Shown one piece after another: positions 30,835 through 43,930 of a stretch of DNA of 64,000 nt. Every line of letters starts with the position of its first letter. Position 1 is the first letter of the stretch. The position numbers and the translations under genes were made by a program. Below the pieces are notes generated by a model. That model searched no databases, had not been told where the DNA came from, and worked only from the letters and a program-made list of their open reading frames with translations. This DNA comes from Octopus vulgaris (taxonomy: Eukaryota), in the NCBI GenBank assembly GCA_951406725.2, contig OX597832.1, forward strand, positions 21,576,001 through 21,640,000. Reading direction: 5' to 3'.

Positions 30835-30899
30835 GGCGGTGCCCCAGCATGGCCACAGCTCGTGAGCTGAAACTAGATAAAATAAAATAAAAATAAAAA
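30835..30899 (+). mobile_element. SINE-type 3' tail attached to the 7SL sequence
   Basis: GGCGGTGCCCCAGCATGGCCA CAGCT cgtg AGCTG AAAC plus (TAAAA)n; homologous to the family A tail. Confidence 0.85.
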
Positions 30900-31316
30900 G
30901 GCGCAGGAGTGGCTGTGTGGTAAGTAGCTTGCTAACCAACCACATGGTTCCGGGTTCAGTCCCACTGCGTGGCAACTTGGGCAAGTATCTTCTGCTATAG
31001 CTCCGGGCTGACCAAAGCCTTGTGAGTGGATTTGGTACACGGAAACTGAAAGAAGACTGTCGTATATATGTATATATATGTGTGTGTGTATGTGTGTGTG
31101 TGTGTGTGAGTTTGTCCCCCTAGCATTGCTTGACAACCGATGCTGGTGTGTTTACGTCCCCGTCACTTAGCGGTTCGGCAAAAGAGACCGATAGAACAAG
31201 TACTAGACTTACAAAGAATAAGTCCCGGGGTCGATTTGCTCGACTAAATGCGGTGCTCCAGCATGGCCGCAGTCAAATGACTGAAATGACTGAAACAAGT
31301 AAAAGAGTAAAAGAGT
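30900..31316 (+). mobile_element. SINE family A, full length
   Basis: GGCGCAGGAGTGGCTGTGTGGTAAG head, B-box-like GGTTCAGTCC, CORE-like CTTGGGCAAGT, internal microsatellite, (GTAAAAGA)n tail. Confidence 0.93.
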
Positions 31317-31450
31317 ATATGGACAGGTCTAGACATGAAGGCAACTCTCTCATGCAGGTGAGCATTCTGATGCAGGCGGAGACACTGGGGATTGGTATAT
31401 TAATATGTTATTGCGCGGTGATCGCTTATAAGCTTTAAGCTTATAAAATA

Positions 31451-31933
31451 CTATAGCCAGCTGGAGGACGTTTCCTCCTGGGGCTACAAGCTACAGTAGC
31501 ATCCACCCTTAGGAGTTAGCCATATTTAAATGGCAAATATACATCACGATGTGTTGCAGCTACTGTTTATACCTCGCTCAGAGATTTGTTATTGCTTGAT
31601 TACACTTTTTCGATATCAGTGTCTTTACGATACTGGAAAAAGGATATACATTTGCAAGGGAACCTATTTTTCACCGACTACTGTGATTATCACACGCTGA
31701 TGACGGGTCAATATCCAGAAACTCGAGTCCGTGTGTATCATAAGTTGAAGACGGGAAGGATGGCTTCTCTTTGCAAATACTGATAGGGCACAGAAAGTTT
31801 GTCTATAGCCAGCTGGAGGAGGTGTCCTCCTGGGGCTACAAGCTATAGTAGCATCCACCCTTAGGGGTTAGCCATATTTAAATGACAAATATACATCACG
31901 ATGTGTTGCAGCTCTCGCTCTGAGATTTATTAT
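31451..31933 (+). mobile_element. Retrozyme-like / tandem pLTR unit: 352-bp period, ~140-bp direct repeats flanking a hammerhead
   Basis: CTATAGCCAGCTGGAGGA...GAGATTT at 31451-31593 and 31803-31933, with a hammerhead in between. Confidence 0.75.
31684..31740 (+). ncRNA. Type I hammerhead ribozyme motif
   Basis: CACACG CTGATGA c GGGT caat ATCC a GAAA CTCGAG TC CGTGTG; stem I extends via TGAT/ATCA; predicted cleavage after C31729. Confidence 0.85.
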
Positions 31934-32097
31934 TATCATTATTATTTACAGAATTGTAAAAATCGACGCAGAATTGTAAAAACCCATCGCAGTAAAAGCA
32001 TATGGAAATTTGTTTACAAAAACAATACTACAAACTAATTATTCTTAAATCTCACGCAAAGAAGCACGGTTGTACGTTGGTGTAAACCTAAACCAGA

Positions 32098-32142
32098 GAC
32101 TTCTGAGTGGATTTGATAGACGGAAATTGAAAGAAACCCGCC

Positions 32143-32199
<57 letters not shown>

Positions 32200-32209
32200 T
32201 ATTATATAC

Positions 32210-32255
<46 letters not shown>

Positions 32256-32360
32256 GTTTGTGTGTCTGTTTTTGTCTCCCCTTCCACCGTTTGACAAGCG
32301 CTGTTGGAGTGTTTATGTTCCTCCCGGCAAAAAGATCGATAGAACAAGTACGAGGCTATA
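32098..32360 (+). mobile_element. SINE family A, internal fragment
   Basis: GAGTGGATTTGATAGACGGAAATTGAAAGAA, microsatellite, TTGACAAGCGCTG. Confidence 0.7.
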
Positions 32361-32399
32361 AATTCTTCATATATATATATATATGAGTGTATGTGTATG

Positions 32400-32447
<48 letters not shown>

Positions 32448-32452
32448 TACAT

Positions 32453-32505
<53 letters not shown>

Positions 32506-32511
<6 letters not shown>

Positions 32512-33120
32512 ATATTTCGGAATGGTCATTTTGCCAGTTTAGCCAATAAAAACACACGCACTATATATTTGGTGTTATTTTAAAATTAAATAAAATACAC
32601 AGATAAATAAACAAATAGAAATAAATAACTATATAAGTTTTTTTTGTTTAATTTTAAAGATTTTTTTTATTTATTATTACTATTATTATTACTAGTATTG
32701 TTGTTATACATACATACATACATACATACAAGCATACGTAATGATAAGTGGATGTAAACACATGAACAAAATAAGAATAAACAAAAACAACAACAACAAA
32801 AACAAATTACATGAACGTATATAAACAGAAGATACACATAAATAAACATAGACGCTCATAGAGATATAAGCATGCGCAAATGAAGACATACAATAGAAAT
32901 ACAAAATGGCTGACGGTTAGTAAGGAGAGACACAAATAAGAAAGAAGAAAACAAAGGACCACTGATGCAGTCACAGGAGTGTGACGAAAGAACTCTGGCC
33001 GAAATAAGACTAAGATTAATGTAAAAAATAAATAACACTGAAGCAAAATAACACCAAATGTATAGTGCATGTGTTTTTATTGGCTAAACTGGCAATATGA
33101 CCATTCCTAAATACAACAAT
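32506..33120 (+). mobile_element. Element with ~75-bp inverted termini and an internal hammerhead-like motif (PLE inverted-pLTR-like)
   Basis: 32506-32581 is an inverted copy of 33045-33120; 32959-32998: CCA CTGATGC A GTCACA ggag TGTGAC GAAA G aa C TC TGG. Confidence 0.7.
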
Positions 33121-33858
33121 ATCTGTTTCAACACACGACTTCACATAAAAAAATCTTGCACAACAAATATATAAACACTATCGATATATGTGTATACGTA
33201 TGTACATGCATGCATACATATATATATGTATGTGTATATATGCATTTAGAAACATGCGTATACATGTGTAGGTACATGTACGTATATGTATATATATATA
33301 TATATTGGCACGCGCACACACATATATACATATATAGATACATAGAGACATACATACACGCATGCATGCATACATGCATACATGCATACTACATACATAC
33401 AGACATAATGCATTCATACACTCATGCATACATACACATATACAAACGTAATACATACACACAGGCATACTACATACATACATGCATGCATACATACATG
33501 CATGCATACATACATGTAGAAATAATACATACATACACACATACAAACATAATATATTACATGCATACATACATATATACATACATATATGCATACATAT
33601 ATGCATACATACATACGTTCATGCATATATACATTCATACATCCATCCATCCATCCATACATACATATATACATACATACATACATACATACATACATAC
33701 ATGTATACATACATAATACATACATAATACATACATACATACATACATACATACATACATACATACATACATACATACATACATACATACATACATACAT
33801 GCATACATATATGGAGGTGTGCGTGTCTATGTGCATTTGATAACGTACTTTTTAATTG

Positions 33859-33957
<99 letters not shown>

Positions 33958-34613
33958 AATGAAAATGGCTAGAGTGAGATGGAACTTAAAATAGAACAAA
34001 AAAGGAATCTGTGGAAATGCAGGCAACAATAGAACTGTAGAAAACCGTTGAAAACCGTAGAAACCAACTAGAATTGGTTACGGAATCGAACATTCTATTG
34101 CCAACATTATATAAATTTGACAACATTTAGGTATTACATTGATAGATCTTGTTGAAAATAAGCAATAGGCAAATAGTGGAATGGAATCGACTATGATGAA
34201 GATGATTATAGCCAAGTCCATAAATTCGGCAACATTATGTCTATTCAAATTGCAAAGAGTTCACAACCATAAAATATGAGAAAATAGAATTAACAGGGTT
34301 CCATTTTAACACCCCCACTTTTTTCTTATGATTTGAAAAAAAAAAAAAAATTATATTTTTTGTTTATTTATTATTATTTTTTATATAATTTTTTTTTTAT
34401 TTTCCAAGGGATTTTTTTCTATTACCTTTTTTTTTTTTCATTTTTGATAATAGAGGAGAAAGATGAAGAGAGATGGAGAAGGGAATGAAGAGGGGGTGGA
34501 AAGGAAGATGGGTAGGGGGTTGGCTGTGTTTCCCAGTGAAGAAAAGAACCGTGGTTTATTGAAGTTCTTTTATTGCAGTTCTAAGTATTGTTATTTCTGT
34601 AAATTTTTTGCTA

Positions 34614-34674
<61 letters not shown>

Positions 34675-35437
34675 ACTTCATGTATTCATTTGTTGTTATT
34701 TCGCTGCTGTTGTTGTTATTGTTCTTAATGTTTGTTTACGCCTTCATTATCATATATATTTTTCTCATTTTATTTTTAATATTTTTTTGCTGTTTTTTAA
34801 CGTTTCTTTTTTCTCTTACGTTTTTTACGTTTTTTCCTAACCATTGTTGTTGTTGTTATTATTATTGTTGTGTTTTGAATCATTGTTTTTTTTATCTATT
34901 TCTATTTTTTCTTTTACACATTACGTAGAGTATAATCCATGTAGAAAATTCTCGGTGCTTTGGGTAATGTTAAAAGAATTTCAAAGCCAGGAGCAAAAAT
35001 AAAGTATGTAAATATATAAGAGTTGTCTATTTGTTCTTGACAATACTGTTGTTGTTGCTGTTGTTGTTGTTGTTTGTTGTTGCTTTTGTTTCCCGTGTAG
35101 GTGTACATATGTGTGTATTTCTATAGTATTTTGTGTATGTGTGCATGTCTGGGTGTTTGTGCGTGTGTTTTTCGTTTAATGTGTATTTTCGTGTTTCTGG
35201 GGTATTTTTGGCTTTCTTTTAGATACCTATAGCGTTGCTATTGTTGTTGTTATTATTGTAAATATATATATATACTTTTTTTAAAGGCTGATATAACATG
35301 ATAAGGTAGGAAAATTTCATTGTAAAGAGAGACATACAGTTGCACACACAATTCTACATACATACATAAAGATACAGGAACGGAGACAGAAACAGACAGA
35401 GATCCATAGAAAAACAAAGATGGAGAGAGATAGAGAG

Positions 35438-35468
<31 letters not shown>

Positions 35469-35486
35469 TAGATAGATAGATAAATG

Positions 35487-35517
<31 letters not shown>

Positions 35518-35712
35518 ATAAATGCATATATATATATATATATTATACACATATATATATTTATTTATATTTATATATATATATATGTATGATATAGATA
35601 TATAATATATATATTATACATAAAAATATATATATATAGATGTATATATACATATATATATATTTATATATTTATGTATATATATATATACATACATATA
35701 TGCATATATACA

Positions 35713-35766
<54 letters not shown>

Positions 35767-35962
35767 GGAAATAAAATTGTTAGAAAGTTTAGAGATCAGT
35801 TTCATAATATCAATACATAAAATAAAAAAAAATAAAATAAAATTATATATTTATTTAGTATTATAAATATCTAGAAACTAATAACATATATACACACATA
35901 TATATATATATACATATATACATACAAATGTATATATGCATATACATACAAATGTATGTATG

Positions 35963-36076
<114 letters not shown>

Positions 36077-36578
36077 TACACAAAGCATGCTTCAGATCTA
36101 TTTGTTGTTGATTCTATGCATTATAATGCGAAACCATTCGGTTGGAGCTGATGTCTTCTAGTAAAGGCTTGACCCCTCTTTTTTCTTTGAATTTCTACTG
36201 AAAGGGTGTGGAGGGAGAAGGAAAGGGAGTTCGTGGATACATGGTTGTCACTCTTTAATTCTTAATCAATATTTACGACTTTCTATCACCACTAAAAAAA
36301 AAAAACAATTTCTAGTAATGTTTAATTTTGTTTTTTATTTTACTGTTGTGCATTTTAAATTATTTTATTTCGATTTGTTTTATATTTTTACTGCAATTTT
36401 TATTTAATTTTTTTTTATTTCTAATCTTATTTTTTCATTTTTATTTTATCTTTTTTTTTTAGTTTGTAGTTTGTTTAATCGGACCTTTAAGTATTGAATT
36501 GTTACGTACAAAACTTACTGAGGTTTTCAAATCCGAATATTTTGTAATAGATCTCTTTGAATGGTGATTCTTTTCTTT

Positions 36579-36738
<160 letters not shown>

Positions 36739-36869
36739 TATGCATAAATATCTGTATATTTATGTATATATATATATGTACATATATGTATATATATATT
36801 CATATATATGTATATATATATATGTATATATGTATATATATATGTATATATATATATATACACATATAC

Positions 36870-36930
<61 letters not shown>

Positions 36931-37052
36931 CATATATATATACATATATATAAATATATATATATACATATATATACATATATATATATACATAAATATA
37001 CAGATATATATGTATATATCTATATATATATATATATATGCATATATATATA

Positions 37053-37120
<68 letters not shown>

Positions 37121-37514
37121 AATTTGTGTGTGTGTGTGTATTTCTTTTTTCTTTGTTATTTTTTTATTTATTCATTCATTTATATAATTTTGCTATTTTC
37201 AAAGATTTTCAAACACGATATTTCTTTTACTCTAACTTCATATTGTTGTCTCCGGGTTATACAAATATAGCATTTCCGCTTCAATGTGAGTATATTCTTA
37301 TACAAGTTTGAAGCAGTCATTTACAGATACAGAGAATTAGTTAAACTGCATGAAAAACAACAAAAAAAGGCTCTGCATGTAATCAGTCAGGTAGATAGAA
37401 TGCTGACCAAGATATTCGCATTACATCACATTTTTCCTTACAGATAAAATAGGGCTCCTAAATGAGAGTCTGATGAAGGACGTTAAAAAAACGGCTCTCG
37501 TATAACGGAATATT

Positions 37515-37794
37515 GCTTGGCTCATTAGGGCCGGTTTCCTGGTTTCCTTGGCGTATAGGTTCCCCACCTGGACGGGACGCCGGTCCGTCGCAGGTGAGCT
37601 TCAAGATGCAGGAGGAAAGAGTGAGAGAAAGTCGTGGCGAAAGAGTCAGCAGAAGTTTGCCATTACCTTCTGCCGGAGCCGCGTGGAGCTTAGGTGTTTC
37701 GCTCATAAACACACACATCGCTCGGTCTGATATTCGAAATCGAGATCCCTCGACCGCGATCCGCTGCTCTAACCACTAGGCCATGTGCCTCCAC
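37515..37794 (-). mobile_element. tRNA-derived SINE family C with 13-bp target-site duplication
   Basis: Minus-strand head GGAGGCACATGGCCTAGTGGTTAG; TSD ATAACGGAATATT at 37502-37514 and 37795-37807; CCTGCGACGGACCGGCGTCCCGTCCAGG resembles the V-SINE-type segment. Confidence 0.9.
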
Positions 37795-38013
37795 ATAACG
37801 GAATATTAGTCGGAGATTAATATTTGTATTCTTGTTTCTGTTTAATCTGTGACTATCGAAAATAACTTTAAATGTTTTACTCTTCCTAGGAGTCTTTAAA
37901 GGGACTGTAATTTCGCTCATCATACTGAGGGGCTAACGACTGAATTACATAATAAATATACAATCATATGTATGTATATATATGTGTGTGTGTGTGTGTG
38001 CGTGTGTGTATAA

Positions 38014-38044
<31 letters not shown>

Positions 38045-38047
<3 letters not shown>

Positions 38048-38190
38048 TTATTGCCCACAGAGGTCTAAACATAGAGGGGACAAACCAGGAAAGACAAGGA
38101 GAGTAAGTCGATTACATCAACCCCAGTGTGTAACTGGTACCTATTTAATCGACCCCAAAAGCATGAATGACAAAGTCGACCTCAGCAGAA
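38045..38190 (-). mobile_element. SINE family B, 3' part
   Basis: AAGTCGATTACATCAACCCCAGTGTGTAACTGGTAC. Confidence 0.75.
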
Positions 38191-38191
38191 T

Positions 38192-38340
38192 TGGATAACA
38201 TCGTTTGTGTTGAGAGAGGAGGTTGGTATACATGGGTGACTACTCGCCTTTCAGTACACAACCTTGCTTGGACTTGTGCCTTAGAGGGGAACTTTCTAGG
38301 CTCAATCCCATGGTCATTTATGACCGAAGGGGTTTTTACC
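38192..38340 (+). mobile_element. 3' fragment of the SINE family D variant seen at 52538-52869
   Basis: TTGGATAACA...AACTTTCTAGG...TGACCGAAGGGG is shared with that copy. Confidence 0.65.
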
Positions 38341-38977
38341 CTTTTTATAATATTTTATTAGCAAACACGAAGGATCACGCTGGTTATCAGTTACATCTTT
38401 TTAATCCCCCTATTTTGAGAATCATAAATTGCATCCAGACAGATCAAAAGGATTCTGTCATTCCAGCCCTTGATTCTTTGATAAATTTCGCATCCTTCAT
38501 ATTGAAAGAACAATGAAATTCGGACGTTATGACGTTTATGCTTCACGGATGATGAAGAAGAGCAACCGAAAAATTCATAATTGAGTTGTTTTAAATGCTC
38601 AGTCCGCTGAACCACACAAAAGGATCAATTGAAAACGTATAGTAAAAAAAGTATGAAGGTGGTGCCCCAACATGGCCGCAATCCAATATCCTGACAAGAA
38701 CAAAAGTTTAAAGATAAAGTGAAGTTTTCTTGATCTGTGCTTGATGTTATACTGCAGCTCGGCTAAACTAAACAAAATAAGAGATAGAACCTCATTAAAA
38801 TCAGGAATAATTCTCTAAAAATCCCGGAATATTTGTGTCACAAATCCAGAAGACGATTTTATGTTCTGACAGTCAATCCACTCGGTTTTGCACGCTGGGA
38901 ACTAATTATCCTTTTGAGTTTTTTTTTCCAGCAGAAATTAATTAATCAATATTAATTAAATAATGATCAATAATGAT

Positions 38978-39139
38978 CACAGGAGTGGCTGTGTGGTAAG
39001 TAGCTTGCTAACCAGCCACATGGTCCCGGATTCAGTCCCACTGAATGGCATCTTGATAAATGTCTTCTGCTATAGCCTCGGGCTGACCAATGCCTTGTGA
39101 GTAGATTTGGTAGACAGAAACTGAAAAAAGCCTGTCGTA

Positions 39140-39208
<69 letters not shown>

Positions 39209-39419
39209 TTGTGTGTCTGTGTTTGTCCCTCTAGCATTGCTTGACAACCGATGCTGATGTGTTTACGTCCCCGTCACTTAGCGGTTCGGCAAAAAGAGAC
39301 CGATAGAATAAGTACTGGGCTTACAAAGAATAAGTCCCGGGGTCGAATTGCTCGACTAAAGGCGGTGTTCCAGCATGGCCGCAGTCAAATGACTGAAACA
39401 AGTAAAAGAGTAAAAGAGT
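38978..39419 (+). mobile_element. SINE family A, full length
   Basis: Same architecture as 30900-31316. Confidence 0.92.
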
Positions 39420-39439
39420 ATATCATTATTAAAGAGACA

Positions 39440-39640
39440 CCTACGAGTGTCGACCCTTCGGAGGAGGACGATAAGTTGCTACAGCTATTGTAGCATTGGT
39501 CATACATCAGCGCAAAAGACTATTGCACAAGCCAGGAGTGTCTATTCAGGGGATGCAGCTTGGCTTACACAGACTATTGCATGTGTGGAGATGATTGCGA
39601 AAATAACGCGAACTGTAATGTCAACAGCGACACTCGGAAC
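39440..39640 (+). pseudogene. Degenerate Cys-rich CXC-like coding remnant, probably from a DNA transposon
   Basis: KLLQLL*HWSYISAKDYCTSQECLFRGCSLAYTDYCMCGDDCEN resembles the C..C..L.CT..C.C...C.N pattern; several cysteines have been lost. Confidence 0.4.
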
Positions 39641-40258
39641 GTTGACAAATATATACGAAAACGTATTCCTAAAATATAGCGTCCAAGTAGATCCCACGCA
39701 TAAAACCTCTAGTTAAGCCTAATGCGTAGCAGAGCTGTGTTGTTTTCTTGCTTTATAAAACCCATATTTGTAACTTCAAAGTACTTTCAAACATGTATTA
39801 TATAATACAGTTATATCACAAATATAAACATAACACTTTACGCGCTCTTGTTTGTTGTTTCTTTAACCCCGGAAAAAACTGCAACACTTTTATTCCATTA
39901 GATTCCTTATTCAAGAAAATCAAAGGATTATCATAATTAAGTTTCCATTTTGACTATAAGCCCTGATAGTGCAAATTATGTATTCTATGGTGACAATTTT
40001 GAAAATCTAAAATCCAAAATGGTGGCGATGCAGGTGTCTATGCAAATACAAAAGTTGATTTTTTTTTTCTTTTGAGGATCGTCCATGCTCTGGTGGTTCT
40101 TAAACTGCACAGGTTTATTATTCTCAAAAAAAACTTTGAACGAAATTAAATTTGTTGACACTGAAGAACACAAATGCATGTTCTACATCAAAGCAAGTAC
40201 AACTTTTATTTGTCATAGCAGATTTTTTATTCTCTCCTCACACATTGATTAAATATTA

Positions 40259-40348
<90 letters not shown>

Positions 40349-40528
40349 GTGTGGATAGATAAATAGATACATACATACATATATACATTCATACATACAT
40401 ATACATACATATATATACACGTATATATAAATATATATATATATATATGTGTGTGTGTGTATGTGTGTGCGGATAGATAAATAGATACATACATACATAC
40501 ATATATACATTCATACATATATATATAC

Positions 40529-40576
<48 letters not shown>

Positions 40577-40609
40577 GCATATACATACATATATACATGT
40601 ACATGTATA

Positions 40610-40652
<43 letters not shown>

Positions 40653-40654
40653 CC

Positions 40655-41008
40655 ATTATTCTTTTATTTGTTTCAGGCATTTGACTGTCGCCATGCTGGA
40701 GTGCCGCCTTTAGTAGAACAAATCGACCTCAGCACTTATTCTTTGTAAGCCTAGTACATATTCTACCGATCTAAGTTACCGGACGTAAACACACCGACAT
40801 CGCTTGTCAAGCGTTAGTGGGTGGACAAACACAGACACACAAACATATGCATACATATATATATACATATATAAGATAGGCTTCTTTCAGTTTCCGTCTA
40901 CTAAATCCAATCACAAGGCTTTGGTCGGCCCGAGGCAATAGTAGAAGACACCAGCCCAAGGTGCCACGCAGTGGGACTGAACCCGGAAATATGTGGTTGG
41001 TAAGCAGC
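40655..41008 (-). mobile_element. SINE family A, near full length
   Basis: GCCATGCTGGAGTGCCGCCTTTAG...CCCAAGGTGCCACGCAGTGGGACTGAACCCGG. Confidence 0.88.
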
Positions 41009-41009
41009 T

Positions 41010-41700
41010 TTCCTCTCTGTCCCTCCCTCCGTCTCTATCTTTCTCCCTTTCCGTCTCTCTTTTACCTTCTCCCCATAACACTTTCTGTCTCTCTGTCACA
41101 CTTTAACGGTCTCTCTCTGCACTCTTCTCTCTTTCTCTCTTTCTCTCCCGTCTCTCTCTCTCCCACTCTCTCTCTCACTCTCTCGCTCGGCCCCTGTTTG
41201 TTTTTCTCTCCCTCCCCTTCTCTCTTCCTCTTCTTTTCTTCCTTTTTTCTCCTTTTCTCCTCCTTTCTCTTCCCTCGCTCTCTCACTCCCTCTCCTTGTC
41301 ACCTTTTTCTCTCCCTCTCTTGTTTGACTTCTTTGCTCTCTCCCTCTCATTTCCCCCTTTTCTCTCCTCCTCCTCCTCCTCTCTCTCTCTCTCTCCCTCA
41401 CAATTCGTCTGCTTTCTTTTCCCTCTCCTTTTCTTTCTTTTCTCTTCTATTCACTCTCCCTCTCTCTCCTTTCTCTCCCATTCTCCCCTCCCTCTTTCCC
41501 ACCCTTCTTTCTCTCCTCCTTTTCCTCTTTTCTCTCCATTTTATCTCCCACTCCTTTTTCTCTTCTTTTCTACCCTCCTTCTCTCTCCCTCTCCTTTTTC
41601 CTCCCCTTCACTCCCCTTCACTCCCTTCTCTCCCCTTCTCTCCCCTTCTCTCTCCTCTCTCTCCCCCTCTCCCCACTCCTTCCCTCCTTCCTCTCCGCAT
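41010..41700. repeat. Polypyrimidine (CT-rich) tract
   Basis: Direct reading. Confidence 0.85.
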
Positions 41701-42416
41701 ACACTGACTCCAAAACCTATATCTACACTAACACTCCAGTTAGGTTCCTCCATGTTCTGACTGTCTCTGAACAAACGCGACATTTAAACACTGAACTGTA
41801 ATTAGTGACTGATATTGTAATTACGAAATATTAATGAAAACATATGTTTTATAAAATGAAATTAATTAAAACATAATTACTATTCATTAAGCTTGTATTT
41901 CAATTGTTTTCACAGTAAATTTTGAAAGGAAACACGAAAGCTGTATATTCCGTTGTTATTCAATACATACGTGTGTTTATGTGTGTATATGTATGTGAAC
42001 ATGATAGGTGTGTATGCATGTGAGCGTGTGTATATGATGATTGTGAGTGTGTGCGTGAGTGTATGCACATTAATATTTTCATACACAGACACACACACAT
42101 TATATATGCATATATATATAAATAAATACATATATATATATTTATATATGTACATATGTATATACATATATATGTATACATCTATATATAAATGTTTATA
42201 TTTGTGTATACATGTGTGTGTGTTTGTGTGTGTATACATATATATATATATATGTTTCCGTATAAAATGCATAACAACATGACATGCAACGACTTAATTC
42301 AAACACCATATTATGAATAAATATATTTCTCTCTTCTTACATAATCTGCATATATAATCTATAGATAGACAGACAGACAAACAAACAGATAGACAAGCAG
42401 ACACACAGACAGACAC

Positions 42417-42449
<33 letters not shown>

Positions 42450-42458
42450 TAGATAGAG

Positions 42459-42571
<113 letters not shown>

Positions 42572-43413
42572 CTTATTAAGAGCAAACTTATTTAGAAATG
42601 GATTCGTGACATACAACACTAGGAAAATTCCCCTTCTTCAGTCGCCTCTGTTTCATCTACTACGCGTTTCGAAAGTAAAGGTGAAACACGAATTTGTTGA
42701 AGCATACCTTCCCGCAAAAGGCAAATTAGATAAAATTTCAGGGGTAAAAATGGTAACAAAAACAGAATAGTAAAGACAGTACAAAATATAAACAGTAAAA
42801 ACAGGACAAGGAGAATAACAGTAACACAAACATTGAGGGTTGTTAAGCCAAACGAGAGAAAATATTACGAACGCTTTTAGAGAACAGCGAGGGAGAGACA
42901 CAAAAAAGCCGTCTACACTCGAAGGAAGTGAGGTCAGAAAGACAGTAGTTTTCTCGTGGCTGGTCAGCGACGGGACAGAGAAGGAAGAGTAAGAGAAAGG
43001 GAGAGAAGAAAAGGGAATGGTTGTAGAGAAAACCAGAAAGAATGAAGAATGAGAGAGAGGGAGGGAGAGACAGTAAGGTAGAAGAAAAGGAAACCAGAAA
43101 GAATGAAGGCTGAGAAAGGGAGGGGGACAGAAAGGTTGAGAGTGCGACTTTATTGAATAAATTTATTCTTTGGTATTTCAAGATATTTTTATGTAATTTT
43201 GATAAATACATCTGTTAAAATGAGATGTCAGTGTCATTTTCATTTTTGCGTAATTTAGACGACAATTTGTTCACTGCACCCTGTATTTATAAATTATAGT
43301 TAATTTCTATTTATAGTAAGGCTTCCTCGAAACATATTTTCAAGACTGACAAAAGAAACGAGCTGACACCGAAAATCTTTTAAAATACACGCGGTTTTCT
43401 TTTTTTCATGTTA

Positions 43414-43930
43414 CCGTAAATCCTCGAGTATAATCCGCCTTTTTTCCCCAAAATTTAATGGTCAAAATCCCTAGTGCATACTATATACGAGGTTAAAAAT
43501 GTGAAATATTTTCTATGTCCGAGTCTCTATTTGCTGTCTGGCAATGTTTATTCAGAAGCATTTTGTGATACCGAGCACGAAAATACCTTAGGCTAAGCCT
43601 GAAAGCAATGAAGTCATAAAAGAATCATTCATAACTTGCAGTAGGCAACATTTATTAAAATAAAAGTATTCAGAACACAGAATAACATGCAACAAAAACA
43701 ATTTGCAAACATATTTACATTCCCATATAACAGTTAAGAACATCACCATTATTGTATTACGCATGCACGGAAGTGCTTGTTCGACTAAGTGCTTCTGGCT
43801 TAATTATGTACGACTCAAGTTAGAGAAGGGGTGCGTATTATACATAAGGTTTAGGCTTTTCAGAAGAACAGCCCACTAAAAATCCTCTGCGTATTATACT
43901 CAAGGGCGGACTATACTCGAGGATATACGG
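43414..43930. mobile_element. Non-autonomous Tc2/pogo-type MITE
   Basis: TA|CCGTAAATCCTCGAGTATAATCCGCC ... GGCGGACTATACTCGAGGATATACGG|TA (26-bp TIR, 2 mismatches); subterminal GCGTATTATAC..AAGG repeats. Confidence 0.88.

Noticed and set aside
37464-37500. GAGAGT-CTGATGA...GCTCTC hammerhead candidate
   Set aside because: No GAAA or cleavage triplet in the correct register.
42630-42675. Minus-strand GAAACGCGTA...CTGAAGA as a permuted (type II) hammerhead
   Set aside because: Stem I does not pair and stem II is mostly G-U; kept only as a possible PLE-related remnant.
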